Below, one piece after another: positions 12,421 to 24,290 of a stretch of DNA of 64,000 nt (position 1 is its first letter; every line of letters begins with the position of its first letter). The notes beneath the pieces are model-generated. The model searched no databases. It had not been told where the DNA came from and saw nothing but the letters and a program-made list of their open reading frames with translations. The stretch is taken from the NCBI RefSeq assembly GCF_963921235.1, contig NC_086098.1, positions 9,052,001 through 9,116,000 on the forward strand. Reading direction: 5' to 3'. Made by a program: the position numbers and the translations under genes. Origin of the DNA: Mobula hypostoma. Taxonomy: Eukaryota.

Positions 12421-13093
12421 ATAAAAATCATGGATCATAGCCGTAAACCTCTGGTTCATTTGCAGGCAGTGACACGACAAATAGCGAGGAGCAGTGGAAG
12501 GGCTTTACCCTCCCTCAGATCCTGCTGACCGCTGGTAGGTAAGCAAGATTGATGCGATCTCTTCCAGTCTGTATAGCCTTCTCAGATCCTCAGCTGCTCC
12601 CATCTGGCTTTTTGTGCATTCCTGATTTCATCCTATCTTTTAGCCCCAATGGACACTATACTTCATTTATATCTACACTAATATAGCTATGGAGGAGGGA
12701 ATGGTTAGATTAATCTTAGAGTAATTCTATGTAAGATGAAGAACTTTAGAGGGTTTGCACAATAAGTTCTTTAATGCTATGATAGAATTGCATGATTTTA
12801 CTCATTTATTTCTATCTAATCAATGCAGCTTAATTGTTGCCCTGTGTACCTACGTCAAAGAAAGTAAAGCAATTAATATTTTCTATCAATTGTATCATAC
12901 CAAGTGTCTTCAGGTACAATATGCATCAAGTAGGGCTCGCATTTGATTAGAATCTTTCACAATATTCCACAATACCTTACAGACAATGACATAGTTCTAA
13001 ACTGTAGTCACTGTTACAATTAGGAAACATAACAGACCACTGCAGTACAGCAAGGTCTAAAAGCAGCAATGTCATAGTGACTGGATAAACCAT

Positions 13094-14385
13094 GAGTCAA
13101 GTCAAGTCAAGTTTAATGCCATTTAACTATATACAGTAATGCATACTGTCAAACAAGACGTTTCTCTGGGGCAGGGTGTAAAACACAGTGGTACACCTGA
13201 CACACATATAACACACAATAACTTAGGAAAGTAAGAATTCAATCTACAAATGAATTGTGCATAAATAAACACAGCAAAGTGCATAAATTAAAAATTGTAG
13301 GGTACAGAACAGGTTAACAGGTGATACTCTGAATGCAATGTGGTAGGCAGTTCAGAAGCCTAATGGCCTGAGGGAAGAAGCTGTTTCCCATCCTGACTGT
13401 TTTTGTCTTTATACATTGGAGTGTCCTGTTTAATGGTAGAAAGTCAAAGAACATGCTGAATGGATGGGTGGGATCCTTGATTATACTAAAGGCCCTGTAA
13501 ATACAGCGCTCCTGATAAATGGATGGTATGGAGACCCCCATTATCCTCTCAGCCATTCTCACAGTCCTTTGTAGGACCGATGCTCAACTGATCCCATACC
13601 AAATGGAGATGCAGCTTGTCAGGATACTCTCAATGGTCCTCCTATAAAATTTGGTTAAGATTGGCGGGGAGGGGAGGACCCTCACACCTCAAACTCCTCA
13701 GGAGGTGGAGGAGCTGCTGTGCCTTCTTGTTCAGGGAGGTGATATTGAGGGACCAGCTGAGGTCATCTGTGATGTGAACTTGGTGCACTTACTGTAACTC
13801 TCTATGGAGGAGCCATATATGCACCGAAGGGGATAGTTCATCTGCACCTTCCTAAAGCCCACAATCTTGTCCTTGATCTTCTCCACATTCAGACTTAGGT
13901 TGTTTCTTTCATACCAGTCCACCAGCCGCTCCACTTCCTCTCTGTACTCTGACTCATCGTCATTGTTGATAAGTCCAGCCTCTGTTGTGTCATCTGCAAA
14001 CTTGACGATACGGTTTGAGATGAATCCTGCGACTGTCATACGTCAGCATTGTGAACAGCAGCAGGCTGAACACACAGTCCTGAGGAACGTCAGCGCTCAG
14101 TGCAATGAGACTAGTGATGTTGCTGCCCACACATTCTGACTGTCCAGGATCCAGTTATGGAGGGCGGTGTTAAGACCCAGCAAGACCAGTTTCCCCAACA
14201 ATTTCTGGGGTATGATGGTGTTAAACACCAAAATGAAGTCCATAAACAGCAGCCTGGCATATGAAACCCCATTTCCCAGGTGGGACACGATGGAGTGAAC
14301 GGCAGAGGCAATGGCATCATCAATGGATCAATTTGAGCGACAAACAAATGGGAAAGGGTCCAATGTAGCGGGGAGAAATCCATAT
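13094..14385 (-). mobile_element. Rex1/Babar-like LINE RT fragment
   Basis: ORFs 14097..14288 ([16 protein letters not shown]), 13731..14039 (KFADDTT.AGLI.NDDESEYREEV), 13314..13562; (agtca)n tail. Confidence 0.85.
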
Positions 14386-14609
14386 TGAGTGAGGACAACA
14401 AAATAATTCCTCAAAGTGAAGATTATCTTTATGAGTCACATGCGTCAAAACATGGAAACATACAGAGCAAAGCTTCACTTGTGTTGGAGATATGCTGGGG
14501 CAGCCCACAGGTGACACCATGCTTTCAGCTCCCTTACTGTCCATCATGCCATTGGATCATAGCTATTCACTTAATAGGGTGATAGGGGATAGGGATTGGG
14601 TGGTGGGCT

Positions 14610-14975
14610 GGAGATATGTCATCACCAAAGGCCATGTAAAGTGCTCTTTCTCTCTGTGAGCCTGCCAATCACTCTTGGGCAAGGTGTAGCACCCATTAGC
14701 ACGTCCCCCCACCCCCACCAGATCAAGGTCATAGGAAGCCACGGGAGAAGATGGTGGATGGTCGAATGAGCAGCTGGTGCATACCACAAGTCCTGGTTAT
14801 GTGACCATTGACACCAGGCAGACAATCTCTGAAGAGTATTGATAATAACTGGAGTCACCCATCTCGTAAAGACATTGCCCAGAAGAAGGCAATGGCAAAC
14901 CACTTCTGTGGAAACATGGTCATGGAAAGACCATGATCACCTACATCATATAATCCGGCACATAAGAAACAAATG
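14610..14975 (+). mobile_element. RTE-related SINE-like element, copy 1
   Basis: Colinear with 31565-31947; contains agaaggcaatggcaaaccacttc, a Bov-A/Sauria-SINE-like RTE motif. Confidence 0.75.
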
Positions 14976-15440
14976 AATTGCATTTAGATCATAGACGTTC
15001 ACTTTGATTTAGTATCTCCCTCAAATTTGATGGCATACTTCTTCAGCCAGCAAAGGTGCCACCGCAGCCCATTACTATAATTGGTATTAGCCTCAGCTCT
15101 ATGCTCATCAGTATCAAGTGAGGCTTGAACCTGCAACCACTGGACTCTGCGGTAATAGGTCCACCAGCTGAATGACGTCAAACACTGTCTGTCCGATGCC
15201 AATGTCCAATTTATATCACCAATTGCATGACTAGAGTGGGGGAGAAAAGGATTGGGATCAGGAAGAAGGATTGGCATTTACTGTATTATACCTTGGGTCA
15301 TGATGTTGATAGAAATTATGAGCTGCTAGCTGCCGTAAAATAGTGCATCACATATCCCTTAGCATTCTCACAACAGGGAAAGCAAATAACATCACCAAGC
15401 CAAAACCATTATCAAAGGCAAGCAGAAATTTTAAACACAT

Positions 15441-16399
15441 TATTATTATTTTCATTTTTATTTTTCCCAGCTCAAGTTGGTAAAACCTGAGGTACGGGCA
15501 TGGTCAAACTCACTCATTTCTCAACTGCTAGGATCTTTCAGATGAACCTAGTGATGTTTAGTATTGTGCTTTCTGAAGATTTACATAAGTATTGCTGTGT
15601 AGTCTTTATCGTTTAATGCTATTGTGCAGTGACTTTGGGTTGATACCAGTTGTAGATATTACTATTGGGACAATATATACCTTGTTCATGTTCCATAGTC
15701 TTTCAATTTCCTCTTGTAGTTCAGCATATTTCTGCTCTTTTTCATTTATTGATTTCTGTATGTTATGTGTGTTTGAAATGGCTATATCTATTAAGTAAGT
15801 TGTTCTTGCTTGTTTATCCTGTATTATTATATCTAGATGGTTATTATAGATTCTCCTATCTGTAATAACGGATTGGTAGTAATACAATACAATTTGTGGG
15901 ATTCTGCCTCTAAAACTGGATCAGGCTTGTACCTATAGTAAGTTATTATTTCATTATGAGCTTGTATTTTAAAGCTAGATTTTGGTGAATGATGTTTGCT
16001 ACATAATTGTGTCTGTGTAAGTAATCAGATTGAGTTAAACTGCTGCGGAATCCTGTAATGTGTTGGATTGTTTCTGGTTTCTCTTGGTATTTTTTGCATT
16101 TATTGCCTTGAATATGTTGGTCTTTTGTTATGTATTTTTGATAACTTTCTGTGTTAACCACCTGGTCGTGCATTGCCACAAGGAATCCTTCTGTTTCAGG
16201 GAAGGGGTCTCCAACTCTGAGCCAAGCATTCAATGCTTCCATGTTGACATCTAGTCTGCTCAAATTGTGAGGATGTTTTCCATGGAAAGTCATGCCGTTC
16301 CATTGATTAACTTTTTCTTCAATAGTGATAATTTCTTCATTTTTCTGGGTTGTGCTTTCCTTTCAGTTTAGTGGTGTGTACTTCTTATCAGAATTGCAT
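15441..16399 (-). mobile_element. R4/Dong-like non-LTR retrotransposon 3' part (CCHC finger + restriction-like endonuclease)
   Basis: ORFs 15946..16293 (CKK...ETIQHI...YLHRHN) and 15606..15887 (DIII.DK...YLIDIAI...KEQKYAEL...VPIVISTTG); (tat)n at both ends. Confidence 0.85.
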
Positions 16400-16965
16400 A
16401 TTATTATTATGTCTTTATTTATTATTTATTATCTCTTTGTATTTACTGTGAATGCCTGCAGGGAAATGAATCTCAAGGTAGTACATACTTTGATAATAAA
16501 TTTACTTTGAACTTTCCTTCTGCATAATAATTTCTCTGTTGGTATCATCTAAATTTTCTATACGTTTTTGTTTTGTAATCATTTTTCAAACGCAACTTCT
16601 GGCTTATTTTAATTTAAATTTTCATCTTAGTCATGAAATATTAACTTCTGTTGAAACATGATTAGATCTTATGTGAATATCGTTATTGAATATCCTAGAG
16701 AATATCTGTTTGAAGATTACCAATTGTTGATCTATTACCTCAGTGGCCATTTTTTTATTTTCAGTTCCCTCAGGTAATTTGTTTTTAAGAAAAGCTCATC
16801 GAAATTTGGTTTCTTTTTAACCCGTACATTGATGTTTTGACACTTGCCTGCAATTTTCAATGTTTATATTGAACCTTATGTTATGGTCGTGTTTCGCCTC
16901 ACCTTACATTACCTACTTGGCCCACATCAATTCTTAGAACTAGATTCAGCACTTCCTCCTTCTTT

Positions 16966-16979
16966 GTTACTATGGCAAC
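16966..16979. promoter_or_regulatory. Candidate RFX X-box
   Basis: GTTACTATGGCAAC, close to the GTTGCCATGGCAAC palindromic consensus, in non-repeat sequence. Confidence 0.45.
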
Positions 16980-17411
16980 AATATCGGCTTGCATTTATAT
17001 AACAAATGTATAAAAATACCTAACTGTACTTTTTAGAAAAATAGTGATAAGGACGTGGCAGGATTAAATTTAGACATTGGAATAAAAGCATGAACATGAA
17101 GAAAGCTTTTGAGAACCTATTTTAGAGACATAGACAGGCAGAAAAAATAGGTTGGAGGCTGTATTTAACAGAGTCTTTGTACTTTTTACTTCAATCGATC
17201 TTATAAGCCAGCTTGACAATTTTATGCAGCGTAGTAATTCTGGTCTTTTAGCATTATGTAAGGAAATAGTACCATTCTGTTTCTTTCTCCTTCTTCCTTT
17301 TACATGTGATTCACAACATCTCCATAAAATAAATTAAGCTAAACTCTACTCTTTATGCCGTTCCTAAGTACTTCTGCTCCATCTACTAATTGTTAATGTT
17401 GGGTATACTCG

Positions 17412-19212
17412 AAGTTCAAAGTAATTTTATTTTCAAAGTACATAAATGTCACCATATACAGCCCTGAGGTTCATTTTCTTATAGACATTCATAGTAAATA
17501 CAAATAAACACAATAGAATCAATGAAAAATCACACAAAGAATGACGAACAACCAATGTGTAAAAAACAACAAATTGTGCAAATAATAATAGTAAAGCTGA
17601 AGCAATTAATTCAAATAGTAGAACATTTTTATAAGATATAAACATGAATGTTGGACTGGATAAATGCAGAACATTAAACATAAATAAATGTGCACCAGAG
17701 CTAACAGAATACAAAACAGAGCAACAGGATACAATACAACCGATGGATGAATATGAAACATGCCGGTATCTGGGATATCAACAAGCAAAGAATCATAGTG
17801 TGATAAAGGAAAAAACTTTTCACAGAATTTACTTCAAGGCTTAAGAAAATCTGCTGAACAGAGCACAACAGAAAAGGTATAACAAAGGCAATAAACACTT
17901 TTGTTATATCTATATTAACATATTCATTTGGCATAACACCTTGGTCCAAAATAGATCCAGAAGATTACGTACACTTGAATACGCTTAGATTTACACTCCC
18001 TGGGACAGAAGGGGGAAGAGGAATAACAGACATTAAGAGTCACCACAACAGTCAGTTAAAACTTCTGAGGATGTATTTTAATAAATGAAAAGAGGATTCA
18101 CCCCTCCACATCAGCATATGCAATTCTGATAGTAAATATATGCTACTAAACTTGAATGAGAAACAACCCAGAAATATGAAGAAATTATCACTATTGAAGA
18201 AAATGTTAACCAATGGAAGAGCATAACCCTCCATAGAAGACATCCTCACAATCTGAGCAGGAAGCATTGAACCCCTGGCTCAACGTTGGAGACCACTTCT
18301 CAGAAACAGAAGGGTTCCTTGTAGCAATACAGGACCAGAAGGTTGATGCAAAATTTATCAGAAATACATAATAAAAGACCAACAAATACAAGATGATAAA
18401 TGTAGAAAATGCTAAGGAAAACTAGAAATAATCCAACACGTTACAGAATCCTGTAACAGTTTAACACAATCTGATTACTTACGCAAGCATAATCAAGCAG
18501 GAAAATCATAAAAGAAATCATACCTTACTATAAATACAAGCCTGTCAGAATACAGTTTTGGATCAGAGTACTGTACCACAAATTATATTATGACTGATCC
18601 ATTATTACAGATAGGACAATCCATAATAACCATCCAGATATAATAATACAGGATAAACAACTTACTTAATAACATAACTTACAGAAATCAATAAGTGAAA
18701 AACATCTAAAATATGCTGAAAAAGAGGAAATTGAAAGACTATTCAACATGGGCATTGTCCCAATATCAATATTTATAATTGGTAGCATCCAAAGCCACTA
18801 TAGAATAGCATTAAACAATTAGGCCTACACAGCAATATTTATGTAAATCTCCAGAAAGCCACAATAGTAAACACCACTAGAATAGTCCAAAGGTTCCTAG
18901 CAATTGGGAAATAAATGGACTTTGCTCTGCCCGTACCTCAGGTTTTACCATCTTAAGCTGAGAAAAAATAAAAATAGTACGATAATAATAAAATATAAAT
19001 ATGTAGTAAGCATTGAGAACATGAGTCATAAAGTCCTTGAAAACGAATTCATATTTTGTGGAACCAGTTCATTATTGGGGTGACTTAAGTTATCCATGTC
19101 GGTTCAGGAGCCTAATGGTTAATGGATAATAACTGTTCTTGAACCTGGTGGGGTGGGATCTAAGGCTCCTATATCTCCTTCCTGATAGCAGCAGTGATAA
19201 GAGGTCCTGGCC
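17412..19212 (-). mobile_element. Rex1/Babar-like 3' fragment split by the R4-like insertion
   Basis: Tail ttcaaagt...gtcaccatatacagccctgag at 17412-17590; resumes at ~18990-19212. Confidence 0.7.
17591..18990 (+). mobile_element. R4/Dong-like non-LTR retrotransposon, 5'-truncated and decayed
   Basis: RT end (NVGLDKC, YLGYQQ), ETEGFLVAIQDQ, CRKC...IQHV..SC, HPDIIIQDK; same family as 15441-16399; aataataa at both flanks. Confidence 0.85.
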
Positions 19213-19365
19213 AAACAATTGATCAAATACTAAACACTATTTACAAAATTAATAGTGTTGCTTCTAAGTGTCTAAACTTCTCACTTTATTGGACGCTTCA
19301 TATTCAAGCATGGGTACTTGTTGATGGAAATGTGGTTTGTGCAGAAAAATGTTACCCTGTCTCTC

Positions 19366-20447
19366 ATGGGCTTGTATACTCTGGAATTTAGAAGGCTGAG
19401 AGGGGATCTTATTGAAACATATAAGATTATTAAGGGATTGGACACGCTGGAGGCAGGAAGCATGTTCCCGCTGATGGGAGAGTCCAGAACCAGAGGCCAC
19501 AGTTTAAGAATTAGGGGTAGGCCATTTAGAATGGAGTTGAGGAAAAACTTTTTCACCCAGAGAGTGGTGGATATATGGAATGCTCTGCCCCAGAAGGCTG
19601 TGGAGGCCAAGTCTCTGGATGCTTTCAAAAAAGAGATGGATAGAGCTCTTAAAGATATTGGAATCAAAGGTCATGGGGATAAGGCAGGATCTGGACACTG
19701 ATTGTGGATGATCAGCCATGATCACAGTGAATAGCGGTGCTGGCTCGAAGGGCTGAATGGCCTACTCCTGCACCTATTGTCTATTGTCATGTCTAATATC
19801 AGAATCAGGTTTAATATCATTGGCATATGTTGTGAGATTTATTGCTCTGTGGCAGTAGCACAATGCAATACATAATAATAAAACCTGTAAACTGTAAACC
19901 CTGGTCAGACTCCACTGGAGTACCCTGTTCAGTTCTGGTCACCTCACTACAGGAAGGATGTGAATTCTATAGAGAGAGTGCAGAGGAGATTTACAAGGAA
20001 GTTGCCTGGATTGGAGGGCGTACCTTATGAGAATAGGTTGAATGTACCTGGACTTTTCTCCTTGGAGCGATGGAGGATGAGAGGTGACCTGATAGAGGTA
20101 TATAAGATGATGGGGGCATCGATCATGTGGCCGGCCAGAGGCTTTTTCCCAGGGATAAAATGACTAACACGAGGGGGCATAGTTTTAAGGTGCTTGGAAG
20201 TAGGTACCGGGGGGATGTCAGGGGTAAGTTTTTTACGCAGAGATTGGTGAGTGCGTGAGATGGGCTGTCGGCAGTGGTGGTTGAAGCAGATACAATAGGG
20301 TCTTTTAAGAGCCTCTTAGATAGGTATGGGGAGCTTAGAAAAATAGAGCTATGCACTTCTAGACAGTTTCTAGAGTAGGTTACATGGTTGGCACAACATT
20401 GTACGCTGAATGGTCTGTAATATGTCATAAATTTCTATGTACTATGT
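19366..20447 (+). mobile_element. Two CR1 3' fragments of different tail subfamilies (19366-19790; ~19890-20447)
   Basis: ORFs 19318..19701 and 19960..20163 (RRLRGDLIETYKI, TRGH, FFTQRVV); tails (ctattgt)n and (ctatgt)n. Confidence 0.85.
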
Positions 20448-20457
20448 ACAGGAAGTG

Positions 20458-20461
<4 letters not shown>

Positions 20462-20491
<30 letters not shown>
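20462..20491. repeat. (TA)n microsatellite
   Basis: Seen directly. Confidence 0.95.
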
Positions 20492-20495
<4 letters not shown>

Positions 20496-21230
20496 AAAAA
20501 GTTAAATTACATAAATAGTGCAAAAAGAGAAAAAAAGGAAAAGAGAAATAATGTGGTCATGTGTTCATGGGTTCAGTGTCCATTCAGAAATCAGAGGTCA
20601 GAAATATACAGAAATAATCTGTATTTCAGAACAGAAAAAAATTGTTAAATTTGCCAATGGTATTAAAACTATGGACTTAAGAAATTCCAAAAGCCCTAGG
20701 TCATGCCTGCAAACTTCTATGCTTTTGGAAAAATATTTATTAATTTCTATTGAGCTTAAAAGTGGAAGCTGCTAAGAAAGATCTGATAGTAGTAGATTCA
20801 AACAAGGTATGTTCTGTTACTGCAGAGCAGCAATTAAAACAAAATATCGAGATGTCAGCAAAATATAAACCTCAGGTCATGAAGCTGAAGACATATAACA
20901 TCTGAAGTAAGAACAGAAAAACTTCAGGAAGTTCTAGCTAAGGAAAGAGGAATAGAGTTAGTGTTTATTGTGGGGGTTCACTTTATTCTATAATATATTG
21001 TATTCTCTTCTGGTTACCAAAGGAAATGGCACATTCCTGGATGGTACAATATGTAGTGAAAGGTTACAAGGTAGGTCAAAATATTATAAGGCTGAGTTAT
21101 GAGGAATAATTAATAAAGCGTGAACTCCTGTCTTGAAATAGGCAATTGATAAGGACTCTGTGCACATATATTGATACTAAGAGAAAGGGCATAAATATTG
21201 CTTCAAATTAAATCATAAATGCAGAAGACG

Positions 21231-21737
21231 CACTCTGTGGCCACTTTATTGGGTACCACTTGCAGTTAATAAAATGGTCACTGAGTATATGTTCGTGATC
21301 TTCTGCTGCTGTAGCTTAGAAGTGTTGTGCGTTCAGAGATGCTATTTTGCACACCACTGTTGTAACATGTAGTTATTTAAGTTGCTGTTGCCGTCCTGTT
21401 AGCTTGAACCAGTTTGGCCATTCTCCTCTGACCTCTATCATTAACAAGGCATTTCCTGTTACGAACTGCATTTTTTTTTTGTTTTTCACACCATTCTCTC
21501 TAAATAGTGTTCTATGTGAAATTCCTAGGAGATCATCAGTTTCTGAGATACTCAAACGACCAACCATCATTCCACGGTCAATGTCACTTAGATCACATTT
21601 CTTCTCCATTCTGATGTTTGTCCCGAGCATCTTGACCACGTCTGCATGCTTTTATGCATTGAGTTGATGCCACATGATTGGCAGATTGGATATTTGAATT
21701 AATGAGCAGGTGTACCTAATAAAGTGGCCACTGAGTG
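21231..21737 (-). mobile_element. Tc1-derived non-autonomous DNA transposon
   Basis: TIRs cactctgtggccactttattgggtac / gtacctaataaagtggccactgagtg|ta; transposase N-terminal HTH remnant 21373..21639 (KKCDLSDIDRGMMVG...SISET..LLG). Confidence 0.85.
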
Positions 21738-23094
21738 TAATTTAATTTGGCTAAAGGTAAAGAGGAGGTAATATATTTTTCATATTTAATTCTTTGCTGC
21801 TGCCCTCCTTACCCCAAACCATTGATTTAGTCCATTCTTATTTGAAACCCCCGTGTACTTCTAATCACTAGGAAATGCCAACGCTTCTCAGAATCGTTGT
21901 AACTCCTGAGTCGACCTCCCTTTGGATGGCATAAGTTAAAACTCCACAGTCAGGAATGATTAAACCTGAGACCTTTTTTTTTGTTTCATGTGGCTCAGAT
22001 GCACGCAGCCTTAACCTGGGAAAAAGTAGAAACAACATTTCGCATTCATTTTGCGCTTTGTAACAGTAATCAGAGATTATTTTAACTTTACAGTAATACA
22101 TTGCAAATGTGTAATACATAAACTTTCGTTTCAACGTTACAGTTCCCCGATTAATAGTTTATCGAATCTTTGGAGTTTACATTTAAAGCTTTATTTTTTT
22201 TTCTTCCTCTCTTCTGTGTGGCATAAATCTTGTAGTTTTTTTCAAAATTATATGCAAGCTGACATCTGCCAAGTAACCGCACACAGACCATAGAGTGGGT
22301 ACCGTGAATGAAGATAAGTTTTCTTGACGTTAAACGTACCCCGCATGAACGTTGTAAGATTTTCCACTGTAAAGGTCACATGGGGGTCAATGAGGAGAAT
22401 AACATCATCTCCAATTTATGAAATCAGTTATAATAGAATCCAGAAAACGAATTCCACGTACTTTTAAGATATTTTCAGGTTTTATTAAGAGTTTTACCAT
22501 GCAACTTTTAAAACGCCAACGGCTTCCATCAAATCAATCCAAACATTGCCATCGGCTGAGGATCGTATCGATATCCCTGTCACCGAATCTTGTTTTGTCG
22601 TTTAGTCACGGCCGATGTTCTTGATTTCGCCAACAAGTATTTGACTTAATTAGAAGGTGTATTGGTTATTGGGTGCACGGCGTCCGGCACATTTCTATTC
22701 TCGGTTTTCTTCACTGCGATGATTGTCCTCAACTCGGCTTTGGGAAGCATTTTAGTAAATAAAAACACCGATTCTGCCAAATGTTTGATAGTGTTTCAGG
22801 ATCTGATACCTCAGTCCATCCTTTATCATGTTGGACCAGTACAATCTCATTGTGAAACATCCTTATTGTGTTTTATTTTTGTTCCTTATCGCTGAAATGT
22901 AAATGTTTTCAAAAGGGGTAGCTTTCAACTACTAGCAATCACAATAACAGTAGATGTTCAATGCATACTTGATGTAATGGAACTCCAGAGGATAGGGTAA
23001 TGTTATTGACTATTCCGTTTATACTGACATTAAAACAAATATTCCAGTCAGAATCTGAAGATTTTATCTTCAGAGTGCATTCCTTGCAGCAGTA

Positions 23095-24290
23095 TAATTG
23101 CGCGATCGTTATCGAATCGCGCTAAGTAAGTGGAGAGGGGTGGGAGGGAGAGAGGCTGGCCACCGGGTTCCTCAACCACACTCCACACTCTCGGGACGGA
23201 GCGCGCCGCCGTCCACCCCCCGCCCCTCCCGCCCGCGCGACGGAGACCCGTCGCCCGCACATGCGCCGCGGGGCGGGAGAGAGCGGCGACTGATGGAATC
23301 CCGTCCGAGCGGAGCGGAATGCGAGCATGCGCGCTTGGAGTTCGGCCGGGGCGTGGGGTGTGTTGGAGGGGGGGAGGGAGGTGATTGGGCAGGGTCCGGC
23401 CGTGCCCGCGGAGGCGCGCGCGCGCGCGTGCCCGGCGGTGGTGGGGGTGGTAGGGGGGGGCTAGGTTTTGGCGGCGGCGCGTGCGTCAGAGGGAACGTCA
23501 GCGGCCGCTGTGCGAATGTCAACAAAAAAAAATGAGAAGCCAGTGAGAGTGAAGTGAGGGAAGAGGAGGTGAAGGGAGGAGGAGGAGGAGGAGGAGGAGA
23601 GGAGGCGGCGCCGCTGCTGCACCGCGCAGGGGAGGGCGGCTTTCGCTGGGCGCGCTGTACACGCGTGCGGGTGGCAGATTTTGCAAAAAAAAGGCGCTTC
23701 GGCTCCACGTTGCGGAGAGAGAGAGTCGCCTCGAGTTGGCGCATTGGAAAACATAACTCAGACACGCTGCTCTCCCCCCTCCTCCCCTCATCATCACCAC
23801 ACACACACACACACACACACACACAACTCAAAACAAGCCCGCAGCCACGCCGATTCTGCTCATCTCAGCTCCCTCCCTCCGCCGGTGGCCGGGCTCCTCC
23901 GGGCGCACTGAATCATGAGGTGTTTGTTTTGAACTTGGAGCTGCCTTGAACATAGTCGAAAGTTAACCAGGGTAAGGAGGATGCAATCTGCTTATTTATG
24001 TTTTTTTTAAAATCCCTTCCGAAAGTGGTGGAGGGGAGGGGGGCGCTTGTGGAAGTGTACATCACCTCCGCGATACAAGTGGCTGTTCCGATGTGATTTG
24101 CTGCGGAAAGGCTGGAGGCATTGGCAAGCGTGGCTTTGCTGAATTTTTTTTGGTTGAGTTCGAGCTGTCACGGTGCGGACAGGCTGAGTGGGAACTGGAA
24201 CTCCGTCCCCGAGCCGAGGCCTTGACCGTGTGCAGCAGCGAAAGAAAGCATTACAGCTTCGCCGCCTCCTAGCCTTGGCATCTCACTCAG
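23095..24290 (+). promoter_or_regulatory. CpG-island promoter
   Basis: Sharp rise in GC and CpG; GC boxes (cccgccc, ggggcggg), NRF1-like gcatgcgc, reverse CCAAT gattgg at ~23383, CRE-like tgcgtca at ~23482, (GC)n run 23414-23428. Confidence 0.85.
23540..23971 (+). other. Probable non-coding first exon of an unidentified host gene (5' end approximate)
   Basis: Downstream of promoter motifs; (GGA)n and (CA)n typical of 5' UTRs; strong donor CAGG|GTAAGG; short uORF MRCLF* at 23915-23932. Confidence 0.6.

Noticed and set aside
12466..12538. Possible + strand exon (ttgcAG...GGTAG|GTAAGC)
   Set aside because: Isolated, weak pyrimidine tract, no recognisable protein, upstream of the main promoter
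23048..23949. Overlapping Gly/Pro/Arg-rich ORFs (e.g. 23172..23831, 219 aa)
   Set aside because: Expected from a stop-poor CpG island with simple repeats; no domain recognised
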